From the NCBI GenBank assembly GCA_035499075.1, contig DATJZN010000022.1, positions 1,240 to 65,239 on the forward strand: 64,000 bases of DNA. Reading direction: 5' to 3'. This stretch comes from Myxococcota bacterium. Lineage in GTDB: Bacteria; Myxococcota_A; UBA9160; SZUA-336. Position numbers and translations under genes: made by a program. The notes beneath the pieces were generated by a model. The model was not told where the DNA came from. It worked only from the letters and a program-made list of their open reading frames with translations, and did not search any database. This document shows positions 1 to 10,865 of this stretch, piece after piece. Each line of letters starts with the position of its first letter. Positions within the stretch are counted from its first letter, which is position 1.

Positions 1-109
1 TGGCAAGACGCGCCGCATGGGCAAGCACATCGGCCAGCGCCCGTCGTGGAAGAAGGCGCGCGTGCGCCTGCGCGCGGGCGACTCGATCGAGTTCTTCGAG
101 GGAGTGTGA
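1..109 (+). CDS. rplW: 50S ribosomal protein L23, 3' end (5' part outside window)
   Basis: Frame 2 reads [35 protein letters not shown] then TGA at 107-109. This is an L23-like C-terminus and sits directly upstream of rplB. Confidence 0.85.
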   Translation, partial: GKTRRMGKHIGQRPSWKKARVRLRAGDSIEFFEGV

Positions 110-110
110 G

Positions 111-938
111 ATGCCGGTCCGAAACTTCAAACCGACGTCTCCCGGCCGGCGCGGCATGAGCGTGGCCGACTTCGCGGAGATCACGAAGTCGAAGCCCGAG
201 AAGCGCCTCACAAAGGGCAAGAAGAGCTCCGGCGGCCGCAACAACCGCGGGAAGATCACGAGCTACCATCGCGGCTCGGGCCACAAGCGCAAGCTGCGCC
301 AGGTCGACCTGCGCCGCGACAAGTGGAACGTGCCTGCAAAGGTCGCAGCGGTGGAGTACGACCCGAACCGCAGCGCCCGCATCGCGCTCCTGCACTACGC
401 CGACGGCGACAAGCGCTACGTGCTCGCCGCTACCGGCATGAAGGTCGGCGACGTCGTGCAGACGAGCGACCGCGCCGAGATCAAGCCAGGCAACACGCTG
501 CCTCTGCGCCTCATCCCGACGGGCTCGCTCGTGCACAACATCGAGCTCAAGCCGGGCAAGGGCGGCCAGCTGGCGCGCTCGGCCGGCATGGGTGCACAGC
601 TCATGGCGTGCGAAGGCAAGTACGCGCAGCTGAAGCTGCCGTCTGGCGAGACGCGCATCGTGCTGGCGACGTGCCTGGCGACGATCGGACAGGTCGGGAA
701 CGCGGAACACGAAAATGTGTCGGTCGGCAAGGCCGGCCGCTCGCGCTGGCTCGGCATCCGCCCGAACGTGCGCGGCGTCGCCATGAACCCGGTCGACCAC
801 CCGCACGGCGGCGGCGAAGGCCGCACGTCGGGCGGCCGGCATCCCGTCAGCCCCTGGGGCCAGCCGACCAAGGGCCACAAGACCCGCAACAACCGCCGCA
901 CGGACCGCTTCATCGTGCGCCGCCGAGGACAGAAGTAA
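111..938 (+). CDS. rplB: 50S ribosomal protein L2
   Basis: 275-aa ORF with a typical L2 sequence ([13 protein letters not shown] motif). Operon position is L23-L2-S19. Confidence 0.98.
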   Translation: MPVRNFKPTSPGRRGMSVADFAEITKSKPEKRLTKGKKSSGGRNNRGKITSYHRGSGHKRKLRQVDLRRDKWNVPAKVAAVEYDPNRSARIALLHYADGDKRYVLAATGMKVGDVVQTSDRAEIKPGNTLPLRLIPTGSLVHNIELKPGKGGQLARSAGMGAQLMACEGKYAQLKLPSGETRIVLATCLATIGQVGNAEHENVSVGKAGRSRWLGIRPNVRGVAMNPVDHPHGGGEGRTSGGRHPVSPWGQPTKGHKTRNNRRTDRFIVRRRGQK

Positions 939-1279
939 TGGCGCGCTCCGTCAAGAAGGGACCGTACGTCCAGCCGTCGCTGCAGAGGAAGCTCGAGCGG
1001 CTGAGTCAGTCGGGCGGCCGCCAGATCATCCGCACCTGGTCGCGGCGCTCGATGATCACGCCCGAGATGATCGGGCACACGCTCCACGTGCACAACGGGA
1101 AGCTGTTCATGCCCGTGTTCATCACGGAGAACATGGTTGGCCATCGCCTCGGCGAGTTCGCGCCCACGCGCAAGCCCGTGGTGCACTCGGGCGACCGCAA
1201 GGTGAAGGCCGCGCCCTCGCCGGCACCCGCGCCCGCGGCGAGCGCCCCCAAGGCGGGCGCCCCCAAGGGAGGCGCGTGA
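938..1279 (+). CDS. rpsS: 30S ribosomal protein S19 with Ala/Pro-rich C-terminal tail
   Basis: ATG at 938 overlaps the rplB TAA (TAATG). Sequence [11 protein letters not shown]...HNGK...[11 protein letters not shown] is canonical S19. It lies inside the longer track ORF 323..1279. Confidence 0.96.
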   Translation: MARSVKKGPYVQPSLQRKLERLSQSGGRQIIRTWSRRSMITPEMIGHTLHVHNGKLFMPVFITENMVGHRLGEFAPTRKPVVHSGDRKVKAAPSPAPAPAASAPKAGAPKGGA

Positions 1280-1626
1280 TGGAAGTGCGAGCCAAGCTGC
1301 GCGGCGTGCGCTTCGGCCCGCAGAAGGGCCGGCTCGTAGCGGATCTGATCCGCTCGAAGCCCGCGAGCCGCGCGCTCGAGATCCTCGATTCGTGCGAGAA
1401 GTCGGCGGCGCGCCCGATCGCGAAGGTGCTGCGCTCCGCGCTCGCGAACGCGGTCGAGCACAACGCGCGGCACCAGGCCGGCATCGACCTCGACAACCTG
1501 TTCGTGAAGCGCGTGACCGTCGACGAAGGCCCGCGCGGGTGGCGCATCCGCCCGCGCGCGCAGGGTCGCGCAAACTGGATCAAGAAGGGCTCGAGCCACG
1601 TGACCGTCGTGCTCGACGAGCGCTAG
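1276..1626 (+). CDS. rplV: 50S ribosomal protein L22
   Basis: 116-aa ORF, GTG 1276 (or ATG 1279) overlapping the rpsS stop. L22-like sequence and conserved order. Confidence 0.96.
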   Translation: MMEVRAKLRGVRFGPQKGRLVADLIRSKPASRALEILDSCEKSAARPIAKVLRSALANAVEHNARHQAGIDLDNLFVKRVTVDEGPRGWRIRPRAQGRANWIKKGSSHVTVVLDER

Positions 1627-1634
1627 GAGATTCT

Positions 1635-2312
1635 TTGGGACAGAAAGTACATCCGTACGGCTTCCGGCTCGGGGTCATCAACGGCTGGCAGTCGAACTGG
1701 TTCTCGGAGCGCAACTACGCGAGCTCGCTCCACGAAGACCTGCGCATCCGCGACTACATCAAGCAGAAGGTCTTCCACGCCGGCATCAGCCGCATCGTGA
1801 TCGAGCGCCGCGCGGAGAAGATGTCCGTGAACATCCACACCGCGCGGCCGGGCATCCTGATCGGCAAGCGGGGCGCCGACGTCGACGCGCTCCGCCGCGA
1901 GATCGCGGACATGACGCGCAACGAGGTGTTCATCAACATCCGCGAGGTTCGCAAAGCCGAGACCGACGCGCAGCTCATCGCCGAGAACATCGCGCTGCAG
2001 CTCGAGCGCCGCGTCGCCTTCCGCCGCGCCATGAAGAAGGCCATGCAGGCCGCGCTGAAGTTCGGGGCGCAGGGCGTGAAGGTGAAGGTCGCCGGCCGGC
2101 TGGGCGGCGCCGAGATGTCGCGCGTCGTGCAGTACATGGAAGGGCGCGTGCCGCTGCATACGCTGCGCGCGCAGATCGACTTCGGCTTCTGGGAGGCGCG
2201 CTGCCCCTACGGCGTGATCGGCGTGAAGTGCTGGGTGTTCAGCGGCTACGTGCCCGACGCCAAGCTGCACGAGCACCGCCTGGGAACTCCCGAAGAGGCG
2301 CCGAGCCGCTGA
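1635..2312 (+). CDS. rpsC: 30S ribosomal protein S3
   Basis: TTG at 1635 gives (M)[13 protein letters not shown]..., the canonical S3 N-terminus, in frame with track ORF 1392..2312. KH-domain sequence follows. Confidence 0.95.
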   Translation: MGQKVHPYGFRLGVINGWQSNWFSERNYASSLHEDLRIRDYIKQKVFHAGISRIVIERRAEKMSVNIHTARPGILIGKRGADVDALRREIADMTRNEVFINIREVRKAETDAQLIAENIALQLERRVAFRRAMKKAMQAALKFGAQGVKVKVAGRLGGAEMSRVVQYMEGRVPLHTLRAQIDFGFWEARCPYGVIGVKCWVFSGYVPDAKLHEHRLGTPEEAPSR

Positions 2313-2313
2313 G

Positions 2314-2723
<410 letters not shown>

Positions 2724-2727
<4 letters not shown>

Positions 2728-2918
2728 ACGCGGGCGATCTCCGCAAGCTCTCCGACGCCGAGCTCGACGACCGCGTGCGCGAGATGCGCGACAAGCTGTT
2801 CGACCTGCGCATCAAGCACGCCACGCAGCAGCTCGAGAAGTCCGCCGCTCTGCGGGAGGCGCGCCGTGATCTCGCGCGCGCACTCACCGTGCAGGGCGAG
2901 CGAGAGGAGAAGGCATGA
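2724..2918 (+). CDS. rpmC: 50S ribosomal protein L29
   Basis: 64 aa, overlaps the rplP stop. L29-like helix-rich sequence in conserved order. Confidence 0.95.
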
Positions 2919-3163
2919 ACACCCGGGGTCTGCGCAAGACGCGCGAGGGCGTCGTGGTCTCCGACAAGATGGACAAGTCCGTCATCGTCGAGGTGAGCCG
3001 GACCGTGCTCCACCCGCTCTACCAGAAGTACGTGCGCAAGCGCACGCGCTTCATGGCGCACGACGAGTCGAACGCGCTCAAGATCGGCGACCGCGTGCGC
3101 ATCGTCGAATCGCGCCCGCTGTCGCGCCGCAAGCGCTGGCGCGTCCAGGAGAAGCTGGCGTGA
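2915..3163 (+). CDS. rpsQ: 30S ribosomal protein S17
   Basis: 82 aa, [14 protein letters not shown] pattern typical of S17. Confidence 0.96.
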   Translation: MNTRGLRKTREGVVVSDKMDKSVIVEVSRTVLHPLYQKYVRKRTRFMAHDESNALKIGDRVRIVESRPLSRRKRWRVQEKLA

Positions 3164-3528
3164 TCCAGATGCAATCCATCCTCGACGTCGCCGACAACTC
3201 GGGCGCGCGCCGCGTCGCCTGCGTGAAGGTGCTCGGCGGCTCGCAGCGCCGGTACGCCTCGATCGGCGACATCATCGTGGTGTCGGTGAAGGAAGCGCTG
3301 CCCGGTGCGCGCGTGAAGAAGAAGCAGCTGCACAAGGCCGTGATCGTGCGGACCAAGAAGGAGATCGGGCGCTCGGACGGCTCGTACATCCGCTTCGACG
3401 ACAATTCCGTGGTGTTGGTCGACAACAACCGCGAGCCCATCGGCACGCGCATCTTCGGCCCGGTCGCGCGCGAGCTCCGCGCGAAGCGCTTCATGAAGAT
3501 CATTTCGCTCGCGCCGGAGGTGCTGTGA
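3160..3528 (+). CDS. rplN: 50S ribosomal protein L14
   Basis: GTG 3160 overlaps the rpsQ stop (GTGA). Reads (M)[26 protein letters not shown], canonical L14. It lies within track ORF 2866..3528. Confidence 0.96.
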   Translation: MIQMQSILDVADNSGARRVACVKVLGGSQRRYASIGDIIVVSVKEALPGARVKKKQLHKAVIVRTKKEIGRSDGSYIRFDDNSVVLVDNNREPIGTRIFGPVARELRAKRFMKIISLAPEVL

Positions 3529-3839
3529 TGGCCGCGAAGATCCGCAAGGGCGACACCGTAGAGGTGCTCGTCGGCAAGGACCGCGGCAAGCGCGGCGCGG
3601 TGCTCTCGATCGACAAGGACCGCGACCGCGTGGTGATCGAGCGAGTCAACTTGGTGAAGAAGCACCAGAAGCCGACGGCCACGACGCGCCAGGGCGGAAT
3701 CATCGAGAAGGAAGCGCCGCTGCACCTCTCCAACGTGGCGCTCGTACACAAGGGCGAGAAGACGCGTGTCGCGTTCCGCACGGTCGACGGCGAGAAGCGC
3801 CGCTGGAGCGTGAAGCACGACGAGGCGATCGATGGCTGA
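3525..3839 (+). CDS. rplX: 50S ribosomal protein L24
   Basis: 104 aa, [23 protein letters not shown] motif. Confidence 0.96.
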   Translation: MMAAKIRKGDTVEVLVGKDRGKRGAVLSIDKDRDRVVIERVNLVKKHQKPTATTRQGGIIEKEAPLHLSNVALVHKGEKTRVAFRTVDGEKRRWSVKHDEAIDG

Positions 3840-4557
3840 AGCCAAGGAAAAGAAGAAGGCCCCGAAGGGCGACGCGGCCGCGGCGCCCGCCGCCGACGCG
3901 AAGCCGGCCAAGGGCGAGAAGCGCGAGAAGAAGGGCGGCGACAGGCGCGAGCCCGCGAAGAAGGCCGCTCCGGTCAAGGAAGAGGGCCCGCGCCCGAAGC
4001 TCGAGGTCGAGAACTACAAGCCGCGCTTGCTCGAGACGTACCGCAGCGCGGTCGCGCCCGCGCTGCAGAAGCGCTTCTCGTACAAGAGCCCGATGCAGGT
4101 ACCCAAGCTCGTGAAGATCACGCTGAACGTCGGTCTCGGCGAAGCGACTCAGAACCCGAAGCTGCTCGACGCAGCGGCGGAGGAGATCGCGCGCATGACC
4201 GGCCAGAAGCCGATCATCCAGAAGTCGAAGAAGGCCATCGCGAACTTCCGGCTGCGCGAGAACCAGCGCATCGGCGTGACGGTGACGCTGCGCCGCCAGC
4301 GCATGTGGGAATTCTTCGATCGGCTCGTGAACGTCGCGCTGCCGCGCGTGCGCGACTTCCGCGGCGTGTCGCCGCGTGCGTTCGACGGGCGAGGCAACTA
4401 CACGCTCGGCGTGCGCGAGCAGATCATCTTCCCGGAGATCGACTACGACCGCGTCGAGAAGATCCGCGGGCTGAACGTTTCCATCGTGACCACGGCAAAG
4501 ACCGACGAGGAGGGGCTCGCCCTCCTCACCGGCCTCGGCATGCCGTTCCGGACGTGA
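3832..4557 (+). CDS. rplE: 50S ribosomal protein L5 with about 60-aa basic N-terminal extension
   Basis: 241 aa. The core from PRLLETY...[18 protein letters not shown] is canonical L5. The ATG overlaps the rplX stop (ATGGCTGA). Confidence 0.93.
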   Translation: MAEAKEKKKAPKGDAAAAPAADAKPAKGEKREKKGGDRREPAKKAAPVKEEGPRPKLEVENYKPRLLETYRSAVAPALQKRFSYKSPMQVPKLVKITLNVGLGEATQNPKLLDAAAEEIARMTGQKPIIQKSKKAIANFRLRENQRIGVTVTLRRQRMWEFFDRLVNVALPRVRDFRGVSPRAFDGRGNYTLGVREQIIFPEIDYDRVEKIRGLNVSIVTTAKTDEEGLALLTGLGMPFRT

Positions 4558-4563
4558 GGAGCC

Positions 4564-4773
4564 ATGGCGAAGACTTCCAAGAGAATCCAACAGAGGCGGC
4601 TGCGCGTGGCGCGCGTGGCGGGGAAGCTCCCGTTCCGCACGCGCTACTACAACCGCTGCCAGCGGTGCGGCCGCGCGCGCGGCTACTACCGCAAGTTCGA
4701 CCTGTGCCGGATCTGCCTGCGCAAGCTCGCGCTCGAAGGAAAGATCCCCGGCATCACGAAGTCGAGCTGGTGA
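4564..4773 (+). CDS. rpsN: 30S ribosomal protein S14, zinc-binding type Z
   Basis: 69 aa with CQRCGR...CRIC (CxxC...CxxC) and C-terminal KSSW. Located between rplE and rpsH. Confidence 0.95.
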   Translation: MAKTSKRIQQRRLRVARVAGKLPFRTRYYNRCQRCGRARGYYRKFDLCRICLRKLALEGKIPGITKSSW

Positions 4774-4780
4774 GGCACTG

Positions 4781-5176
<396 letters not shown>

Positions 5177-5178
5177 TC

Positions 5179-5727
5179 ATGTCGCGCATCGGAAGACAAC
5201 CCGTGCCCATCCGCTCCGGCGTCGAGGTCAAGGTCGCCGACGGACGGGTGCGCGTGAAGGGCCCGAAGGGCTCGCTCGAAGAGGCGGTCGCGCCGCACTG
5301 CAAGGTCGACGTCGCCGGCGCCGAGGTCCGCGTCGAGCGCGACAGCGACGAGAAGCGCGCGAAGGCCATGCACGGGCTCATGCGCGCGCTCATCGCGAAC
5401 ATGGTGAAGGGGGTGACCGAGGGCTTCACGCGCAGCCTCGACATCATCGGCGTCGGCTACCGCGCAGAGGTGTCGGGGAAGAAGCTCACGCTCACGATCG
5501 GCTTCTCGCACCCCGTCGTACTCGAGATCCCGCAGGGGCTCGAGGTCGTGGCCGAGAGCCAGACGCGGCTCCTCGTGCGCGGCGCGAGCAAGCAGCAGGT
5601 CGGCCAGTTCGCGGCCGAGATCCGCGAGATCCGCTCGCCCGAGCCGTACAAGGGCAAGGGCATCCGCTACGTCGACGAAGTGGTGCGCCGCAAGGTCGGC
5701 AAGACCGGCGTGGCCGCAGGGAGCTGA
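5179..5727 (+). CDS. rplF: 50S ribosomal protein L6
   Basis: 182 aa, MSRIGRQPVPIPSGV-like start. Conserved order. Confidence 0.97.
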   Translation: MSRIGRQPVPIRSGVEVKVADGRVRVKGPKGSLEEAVAPHCKVDVAGAEVRVERDSDEKRAKAMHGLMRALIANMVKGVTEGFTRSLDIIGVGYRAEVSGKKLTLTIGFSHPVVLEIPQGLEVVAESQTRLLVRGASKQQVGQFAAEIREIRSPEPYKGKGIRYVDEVVRRKVGKTGVAAGS

Positions 5728-5729
5728 AG

Positions 5730-6092
5730 ATGCCGCTCACCCGACGATCCGCTCTCCTGGTCCGGCGCAAGCGCAAGGTGCGCAAGCAGCTGGCGCGCAC
5801 GGAGCGTCCGCTGCTCACGGTGTTCCGCAGCTCGAAGCACATCTACGCGCAGATCGTCGATCCGCTGTCGGGGAAGACGCTCTCCGGCGTCTCGACACGC
5901 TCGCCGGGCGTGTGCGACGGCCTCGAGTCCAAGAAGGACGTCGAAGCAGCGAAGCGCGTGGGTGCCGCGATCGCGAAGCTCGCGCTCGAGAAACACATCC
6001 AGCAAGTCACGTTCAACCGCAACGGCTTCGTCTACACGGGCCGCGTCAAGGCACTCGCCGACGCAGCGCGCGAAGCCGGGCTCAAGCTCTGA
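5730..6092 (+). CDS. rplR: 50S ribosomal protein L18
   Basis: 120 aa, RLxVFRSxKHIYAQI pattern and C-terminal ARE.GL.F-like end. Confidence 0.96.
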   Translation: MPLTRRSALLVRRKRKVRKQLARTERPLLTVFRSSKHIYAQIVDPLSGKTLSGVSTRSPGVCDGLESKKDVEAAKRVGAAIAKLALEKHIQQVTFNRNGFVYTGRVKALADAAREAGLKL

Positions 6093-6108
6093 CTCGAGGT
6101 AGGAACAA

Positions 6109-6615
6109 GTGCCCAGAAGCGTGAAACGCGAACGCCTGAACCCGAACGACTTCGAGCTCGAAGAGCGCGTGGTCGACATCAACCGCGTCGCCAAGGTCGT
6201 GAAGGGCGGACGCCGCTTCGGCTTCACCGCGCTCGTCGTGTTGGGCAACGGCGCCGGCGTCGTCGGCTCGGGCCTGGGCAAGGCGAACGAAGTGCCCGAG
6301 GCCATCCGCAAGGGCATCGAGCAGGCGCGCAAGAACCTGATGAGCGTGCCGCTCACCGACGGCACGATCCCGCACGAGGTCATGGGCGAGTTCGGCGCCG
6401 GCAAGGTGGTCATGCGCCCGGCCGCGCGCGGTACGGGCGTCATCGCCGGCGGCGCCGTGCGCGCGCTCTGCGAAGCCGCGGGCGTGCAGAACGTGCTGAC
6501 GAAGTGCCTCGGCACGAACCGGCACCACAACGTGATCCGCGCGACGCTCGATGCGTTCCGCCAGCTCCGCTACCGCGACGAACGGCTCGGCGAGCTGCGC
6601 CCGGAGGCGCGCTAG
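6109..6615 (+). CDS. rpsE: 30S ribosomal protein S5
   Basis: 168 aa, GTG start, [14 protein letters not shown] motif. Confidence 0.97.
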   Translation: MPRSVKRERLNPNDFELEERVVDINRVAKVVKGGRRFGFTALVVLGNGAGVVGSGLGKANEVPEAIRKGIEQARKNLMSVPLTDGTIPHEVMGEFGAGKVVMRPAARGTGVIAGGAVRALCEAAGVQNVLTKCLGTNRHHNVIRATLDAFRQLRYRDERLGELRPEAR

Positions 6616-6845
6616 TGGCCGGCGCGGCGAAGAAAAAGAAGGGCGGGAAGAAGTCCCCGAAGCCCGGCGCCACGCTGCGTGTGCGCCAGTTCCGCAGCGC
6701 GATCGGCTACGGCCCCGACCAGCACCAGACCCTGCGGGGGCTCGGGCTGGGCAAGCCCAACAGCGTGCGCGAGCTCGTCGACACCCCGGCGATTCGCGGA
6801 ATGATCCGCAAGGTGAGTCACCTCGTGGCGGTGGAGAACGCCTGA
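6615..6845 (+). CDS. rpmD: 50S ribosomal protein L30 with Lys-rich N-terminal extension
   Basis: GTG 6615 overlaps the rpsE TAG (TAGTG). Core [25 protein letters not shown] is L30-like. In frame with track ORF 6504..6845. Confidence 0.88.
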   Translation: MAGAAKKKKGGKKSPKPGATLRVRQFRSAIGYGPDQHQTLRGLGLGKPNSVRELVDTPAIRGMIRKVSHLVAVENA

Positions 6846-7288
6846 TGCTCGATCGACTGAAGCCCGCGAAGGGGTCGCGCAAGCCGCGCAAGCGCGTCGG
6901 CCGCGGCGTCGGCTCGGGCAGCGCGAAGACCTCGGGCCGCGGCACCAAGGGCGCGGGCGCGCGCGCCGGCCGCAAGCACAAGCCGCATCGCGAAGGCGGT
7001 CAGATCCCGCTCGTCATGCGCCTGCCCAAACGCGGCTTCACGAATCTCTCGAGGGAGCCCGCGCAGGTGGTCAACGTGAGCGCGCTGGCGCGCTTCGAGA
7101 AGGGGGCCGAGGTCGACGTCGCGGCGCTCGTCGAGGCGGGGCTGGTGCACAGCGCGAAGCAGCCCGTGAAGGTGCTGGGCGACGGCGCGCTCGAGCACGC
7201 GCTCAAGGTGAAGGTGAACGCGGTGTCGAATTCCGCGCGCGCCAAGATCGAGGGCGCGGGCGGCAGCGTGGAGCTCGTGGCGACATGA
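6845..7288 (+). CDS. rplO: 50S ribosomal protein L15
   Basis: ATG 6845 overlaps the rpmD stop (TGATG). [27 protein letters not shown] is canonical L15. Confidence 0.96.
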   Translation: MLDRLKPAKGSRKPRKRVGRGVGSGSAKTSGRGTKGAGARAGRKHKPHREGGQIPLVMRLPKRGFTNLSREPAQVVNVSALARFEKGAEVDVAALVEAGLVHSAKQPVKVLGDGALEHALKVKVNAVSNSARAKIEGAGGSVELVAT

Positions 7289-8604
7289 GCACCGGGGCGA
7301 TCTCGAACATCACGCGCATTCCGGAGCTGAACCGGCGCATCCTGTTCACGTTCGCCATGCTTGCGGTCTATCGCATCGGCTGTGCGGTGCCGACGCCCGG
7401 CATCGACCCCACCGAGATCCGCCACTACTTCGAGCAGTCGGGGGACGGCGGCGGGTTCTTCAACGTCCTGAACCTCTTCACCGGCGGTGCCTTCGAGCAG
7501 CTCTCGGTCTTCTCGCTCGGCATCATGCCCTACGTCTCGTCGTCGATCATCCTGCAGCTCCTGGCCGTCGTGATCCCGAAGCTCGAGGAGCTCCGGAAGG
7601 AAGGCGAGGAAGGGCGCCGCGTCATCACGCGCTACACGCGCTACGGCACGGTCGCGCTCGCGGTGATCCAGGGCTTCCTCATGGCGAGCGCGCTCGAGAA
7701 CGGCGCGCTCGGCACGCACACGGTGCTCTCGCCCGGCTGGGGCTTCCGCTTCACGACGGTCGTGTCGCTGGCCGCGGGCACGTCGTTCATCATGTGGCTC
7801 GGCGAGCAGATCAACGAGCGCGGCATCGGGAACGGCATCTCGCTCATCATCTTCGCCGGCATCGTCGCGCGCATTCCGGCGGCGATCTCGCGCGTGTGGG
7901 ACATGTTCCGCACCGACCAGCTGCCGCCGCTCGCGCTGCTCCTGCTCGTCGGGTTCATGGTGGTGGTGATCGCGGTCATCGTCTATTTCGAGCGCTCGCA
8001 GCGCCGGATTCCCATCCAGTACGCGCGCCGCGTCGTCGGCCGCCGCCAGCTCGCGGGAGGCATGACGTACTTCCCGCTGCGCCTCAACACGTCGGGCGTG
8101 ATCCCGCCGATCTTCGCGTCGTCGCTGCTCGTGCTGCCGCTGCAGATCTCGCAGTGGAGCGGCAAGGAGTCCATCGCCGACTTCGTGAACGACTACTTCG
8201 GCTGGACCTCGTGGGGCCACAACTTGCTCTACGTGGCGCTGATCATATTCTTCGCGTACTTCTACACCGGGGTCATGCTGGACCCCGACGACGTCGCGGA
8301 GAACGTTCGCAAGAACGGCGGCTACATTCCCGGCATCCGCCCCGGCAAGCGCACCGCCGAATACATCCAGCGGGTGCTGAACCGGATCACGCTGATCGGG
8401 GCGGTCTACCTGGCCGCGGTGTGTCTGCTTCCGAATCTCTTGCAGGTGCAGTTCCAGGTGCCGTTCGTGTTCGGCGGCACCGCGCTCCTCATCGTCGTCG
8501 GCGTCGCCATGGACACGGTCGGCCAGGTCGAAGCGCACCTGGTCGCGCACAACTACGACACCTTCGTGCAGGGCGCGCGCCTGCGCGGGCGGGGCGGGCG
8601 ATGA
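7285..8604 (+). CDS. secY: Preprotein translocase subunit SecY
   Basis: 439 aa, multi-TM, with typical SecY motifs (LFTGGAFEQLSVFSLGIMPY). Confidence 0.98.
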   Translation: MSTGAISNITRIPELNRRILFTFAMLAVYRIGCAVPTPGIDPTEIRHYFEQSGDGGGFFNVLNLFTGGAFEQLSVFSLGIMPYVSSSIILQLLAVVIPKLEELRKEGEEGRRVITRYTRYGTVALAVIQGFLMASALENGALGTHTVLSPGWGFRFTTVVSLAAGTSFIMWLGEQINERGIGNGISLIIFAGIVARIPAAISRVWDMFRTDQLPPLALLLLVGFMVVVIAVIVYFERSQRRIPIQYARRVVGRRQLAGGMTYFPLRLNTSGVIPPIFASSLLVLPLQISQWSGKESIADFVNDYFGWTSWGHNLLYVALIIFFAYFYTGVMLDPDDVAENVRKNGGYIPGIRPGKRTAEYIQRVLNRITLIGAVYLAAVCLLPNLLQVQFQVPFVFGGTALLIVVGVAMDTVGQVEAHLVAHNYDTFVQGARLRGRGGR

Positions 8605-9170
8605 GCGAACAGCACAACTTGATCCTGATGGGCCCGCCGGGCTCCGGGAAGGGCACGCAGGCCAAGCGGCTCGTCGAGCAGTTCGGCATCCCGCAGATCT
8701 CGACGGGCGACATCCTGCGCGAGGCCGTCGCGTCCGGCTCCGAAATCGGCAAGCGCGCCAAGGCGATCATGGACCGCGGCGACCTGGTGCCCGACGAGGT
8801 CGTGATCGAGATCGTGCGCCAGCGCCTGGCGCGCCCCGACTGCAAGAAGGGCTTCGTGCTCGACGGCTTCCCGCGCACGCAGGCGCAGGCGCGCTCGCTC
8901 GACGAAATCCTTCGCGAGCAGGGTCGGGAGCCGGCCCGCGTGGTCGCGCTCGTCGTCGCCGACGACGAGCTCCGCCGGCGCATCCTCGCGCGCGGCGAGG
9001 GCCGAGCCGACGACAACGAGACGGCGATCGCGAAGCGCCTCGACGTCTACCGGCGCGACACGGAGCCCGTGCTCGCGCACTACGCGGCGTCGGTCCGGCG
9101 CATCGACGGCATCGGCACGATGGACGAGATCACGGACCGCGTGATCCGGGCGCTGGGAGCGCGCGCTTGA
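8601..9170 (+). CDS. adk: Adenylate kinase (short-LID type)
   Basis: ATG 8601 overlaps the secY stop (ATGA). P-loop LMGPPGSGKGTQ. 189 aa. It lies within track ORF 7794..9170. Confidence 0.96.
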   Translation: MSEQHNLILMGPPGSGKGTQAKRLVEQFGIPQISTGDILREAVASGSEIGKRAKAIMDRGDLVPDEVVIEIVRQRLARPDCKKGFVLDGFPRTQAQARSLDEILREQGREPARVVALVVADDELRRRILARGEGRADDNETAIAKRLDVYRRDTEPVLAHYAASVRRIDGIGTMDEITDRVIRALGARA

Positions 9171-9940
9171 TCCAGATCAAGTCCAAACGCGAGATCGACA
9201 AGATGCGCGAGGCGGGCCGCCACGTGGGCGAGATCCTGGTGCGCCTGGCGTCGCTCGTCCGTCCGGGCGTGACCACCGGCGAGCTCGACCGCGCGGCGCG
9301 CGACGAGATCCGCGCGCGCAAGCTCGTGTCGTCGTTCCTGGACTACGCGCCGGGCGGCGCGCCGCCGTTCCCCGCCGTGCTGTGTGCGTCGGTGAACGAG
9401 GAGATCGTGCACGGCATCCCCGGGGCGCGCCGGCTCGCCGAAGGCGACGTGGTGAAGCTCGACTTCGGCGCGATCTGCGACGGCTACCACGCGGACGCGG
9501 CGCTCTCGTTGCCCGTCGGCCGCGTCGACGACGAGTCGCGCCGGCTCATGGCCGTGACGCGCGCTTCGCTGGAGTCGGGCATCCGCGAGCTCGTGCCCGG
9601 CAAGCGGCTCGGCGACGTCGGCGCCGCAGTGCAGGACCACGTCGAGCGGGAAGGCTTCTCGGTCGTGCGGGACTTCGTGGGTCACGGCATCGGCCGCGCC
9701 ATGCACGAGCCGCCGCAGCTGCCGAACTTCGGCAAGCCCGGCCGCGGCCAGCGCCTGCGCGAGGGCATGGTCTTCGCGATCGAGCCCATGGTGAACGCAG
9801 GCACGTGGCAGGTCGAGGTGCTCGCCGACGGCTGGACCGCCGTCACCGCCGACCGCCGCCGCTCGGCCCACTTCGAGCACACCGTGGCCATCACCGACCA
9901 CGGTCCTGAAATCCTCACCCGGGTCCCAGGGACTCACTGA
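9167..9940 (+). CDS. map: Type I methionine aminopeptidase
   Basis: 257 aa, TTG start overlapping the adk stop. MetAP metal-ligand contexts present ([22 protein letters not shown]). Confidence 0.96.
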   Translation: MIQIKSKREIDKMREAGRHVGEILVRLASLVRPGVTTGELDRAARDEIRARKLVSSFLDYAPGGAPPFPAVLCASVNEEIVHGIPGARRLAEGDVVKLDFGAICDGYHADAALSLPVGRVDDESRRLMAVTRASLESGIRELVPGKRLGDVGAAVQDHVEREGFSVVRDFVGHGIGRAMHEPPQLPNFGKPGRGQRLREGMVFAIEPMVNAGTWQVEVLADGWTAVTADRRRSAHFEHTVAITDHGPEILTRVPGTH

Positions 9941-9947
9941 GAGAGCC

Positions 9948-10061
9948 ATGAAAGTCAGAGCGAGCGTCAAGAAGATGTGTGACAAGTGCAAACTGATCCG
10001 CAGGAAGGGCGTCCTGCGCGTGATCTGCGAGAACCCCAAGCACAAGCAGAGGCAGGGCTAG
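9948..10061 (+). CDS. rpmJ: 50S ribosomal protein L36
   Basis: Not in the ORF track because it is too short. ATG 9948 to TAG 10059-10061 reads [37 protein letters not shown], a canonical zinc-ribbon L36. Confidence 0.95.
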   Translation: MKVRASVKKMCDKCKLIRRKGVLRVICENPKHKQRQG

Positions 10062-10064
10062 ACG

Positions 10065-10445
10065 ATGGCGCGCATCGCGGGCGTGGACCTTCCGCGCGAG
10101 AAGGCGATCAAGATCGCCCTCACCTACATCTACGGTATCGGGAACTCGTCGGCGGAGAAGATCTGCGACGAGGCGGGCGTGGCGCCGAACACGAAGACGT
10201 TCGACCTGGACGAGAGCGAGGTCGTGCGCCTGCGCGACGCGATCCAGGGCGGCTACAAGGTCGAGGGCGACCTGCGGCGCGAGGTCTCGCAGAACATCAA
10301 GATGCTGATGGACATCGGCTGCTATCGCGGGCTGCGACACAGAAAAGGGTTGCCGGTCCGCGGCCAGCGCACCCACACCAACGCGCGTACTCGCAAGGGT
10401 CCGCGCAAGACCGTTGCCGGCAAGAAAGTCGCGACGAAGAAGTAG
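10065..10445 (+). CDS. rpsM: 30S ribosomal protein S13
   Basis: 126 aa, [13 protein letters not shown] canonical start. Confidence 0.98.
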   Translation: MARIAGVDLPREKAIKIALTYIYGIGNSSAEKICDEAGVAPNTKTFDLDESEVVRLRDAIQGGYKVEGDLRREVSQNIKMLMDIGCYRGLRHRKGLPVRGQRTHTNARTRKGPRKTVAGKKVATKK

Positions 10446-10463
10446 ATGGGAAGTCACTGAGAC

Positions 10464-10856
10464 ATGGGCGTTGCGAAAGCCAAGAAGGTCAAGAAGAAGG
10501 TCCGGAAGAACATCCAGACCGGCGTCGCGCACATCCAGGCGACGTTCAACAACACCGTCATCACCATCACCGACGTCGCGGGGAACACCATCGCCGCGTC
10601 GTCGGCCGGGCTGGTGGGCTTCAAGGGTTCGCGCAAGTCGACGCCCTACGCCGCCCAGATGTGCGCCGAGGACGTCGCGAAGAAGGCGATGGAGCACGGC
10701 GTGCGCCAGATCGGCGTGCTCGTGAAAGGTCCGGGCGCGGGCCGCGAGCCCGCTGCGCGCGGTCTGCAGGCCGCCGGCTTCAAGATCACCTACGTGCGCG
10801 ACGTGACTCCGATCCCGCACAACGGCTGCCGCCCGCCGAAGCGGCGCCGCGCCTGA
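10464..10856 (+). CDS. rpsK: 30S ribosomal protein S11
   Basis: 130 aa, [17 protein letters not shown] motif. Confidence 0.98.
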   Translation: MGVAKAKKVKKKVRKNIQTGVAHIQATFNNTVITITDVAGNTIAASSAGLVGFKGSRKSTPYAAQMCAEDVAKKAMEHGVRQIGVLVKGPGAGREPAARGLQAAGFKITYVRDVTPIPHNGCRPPKRRRA

Positions 10857-10865
10857 GGAGATTCC

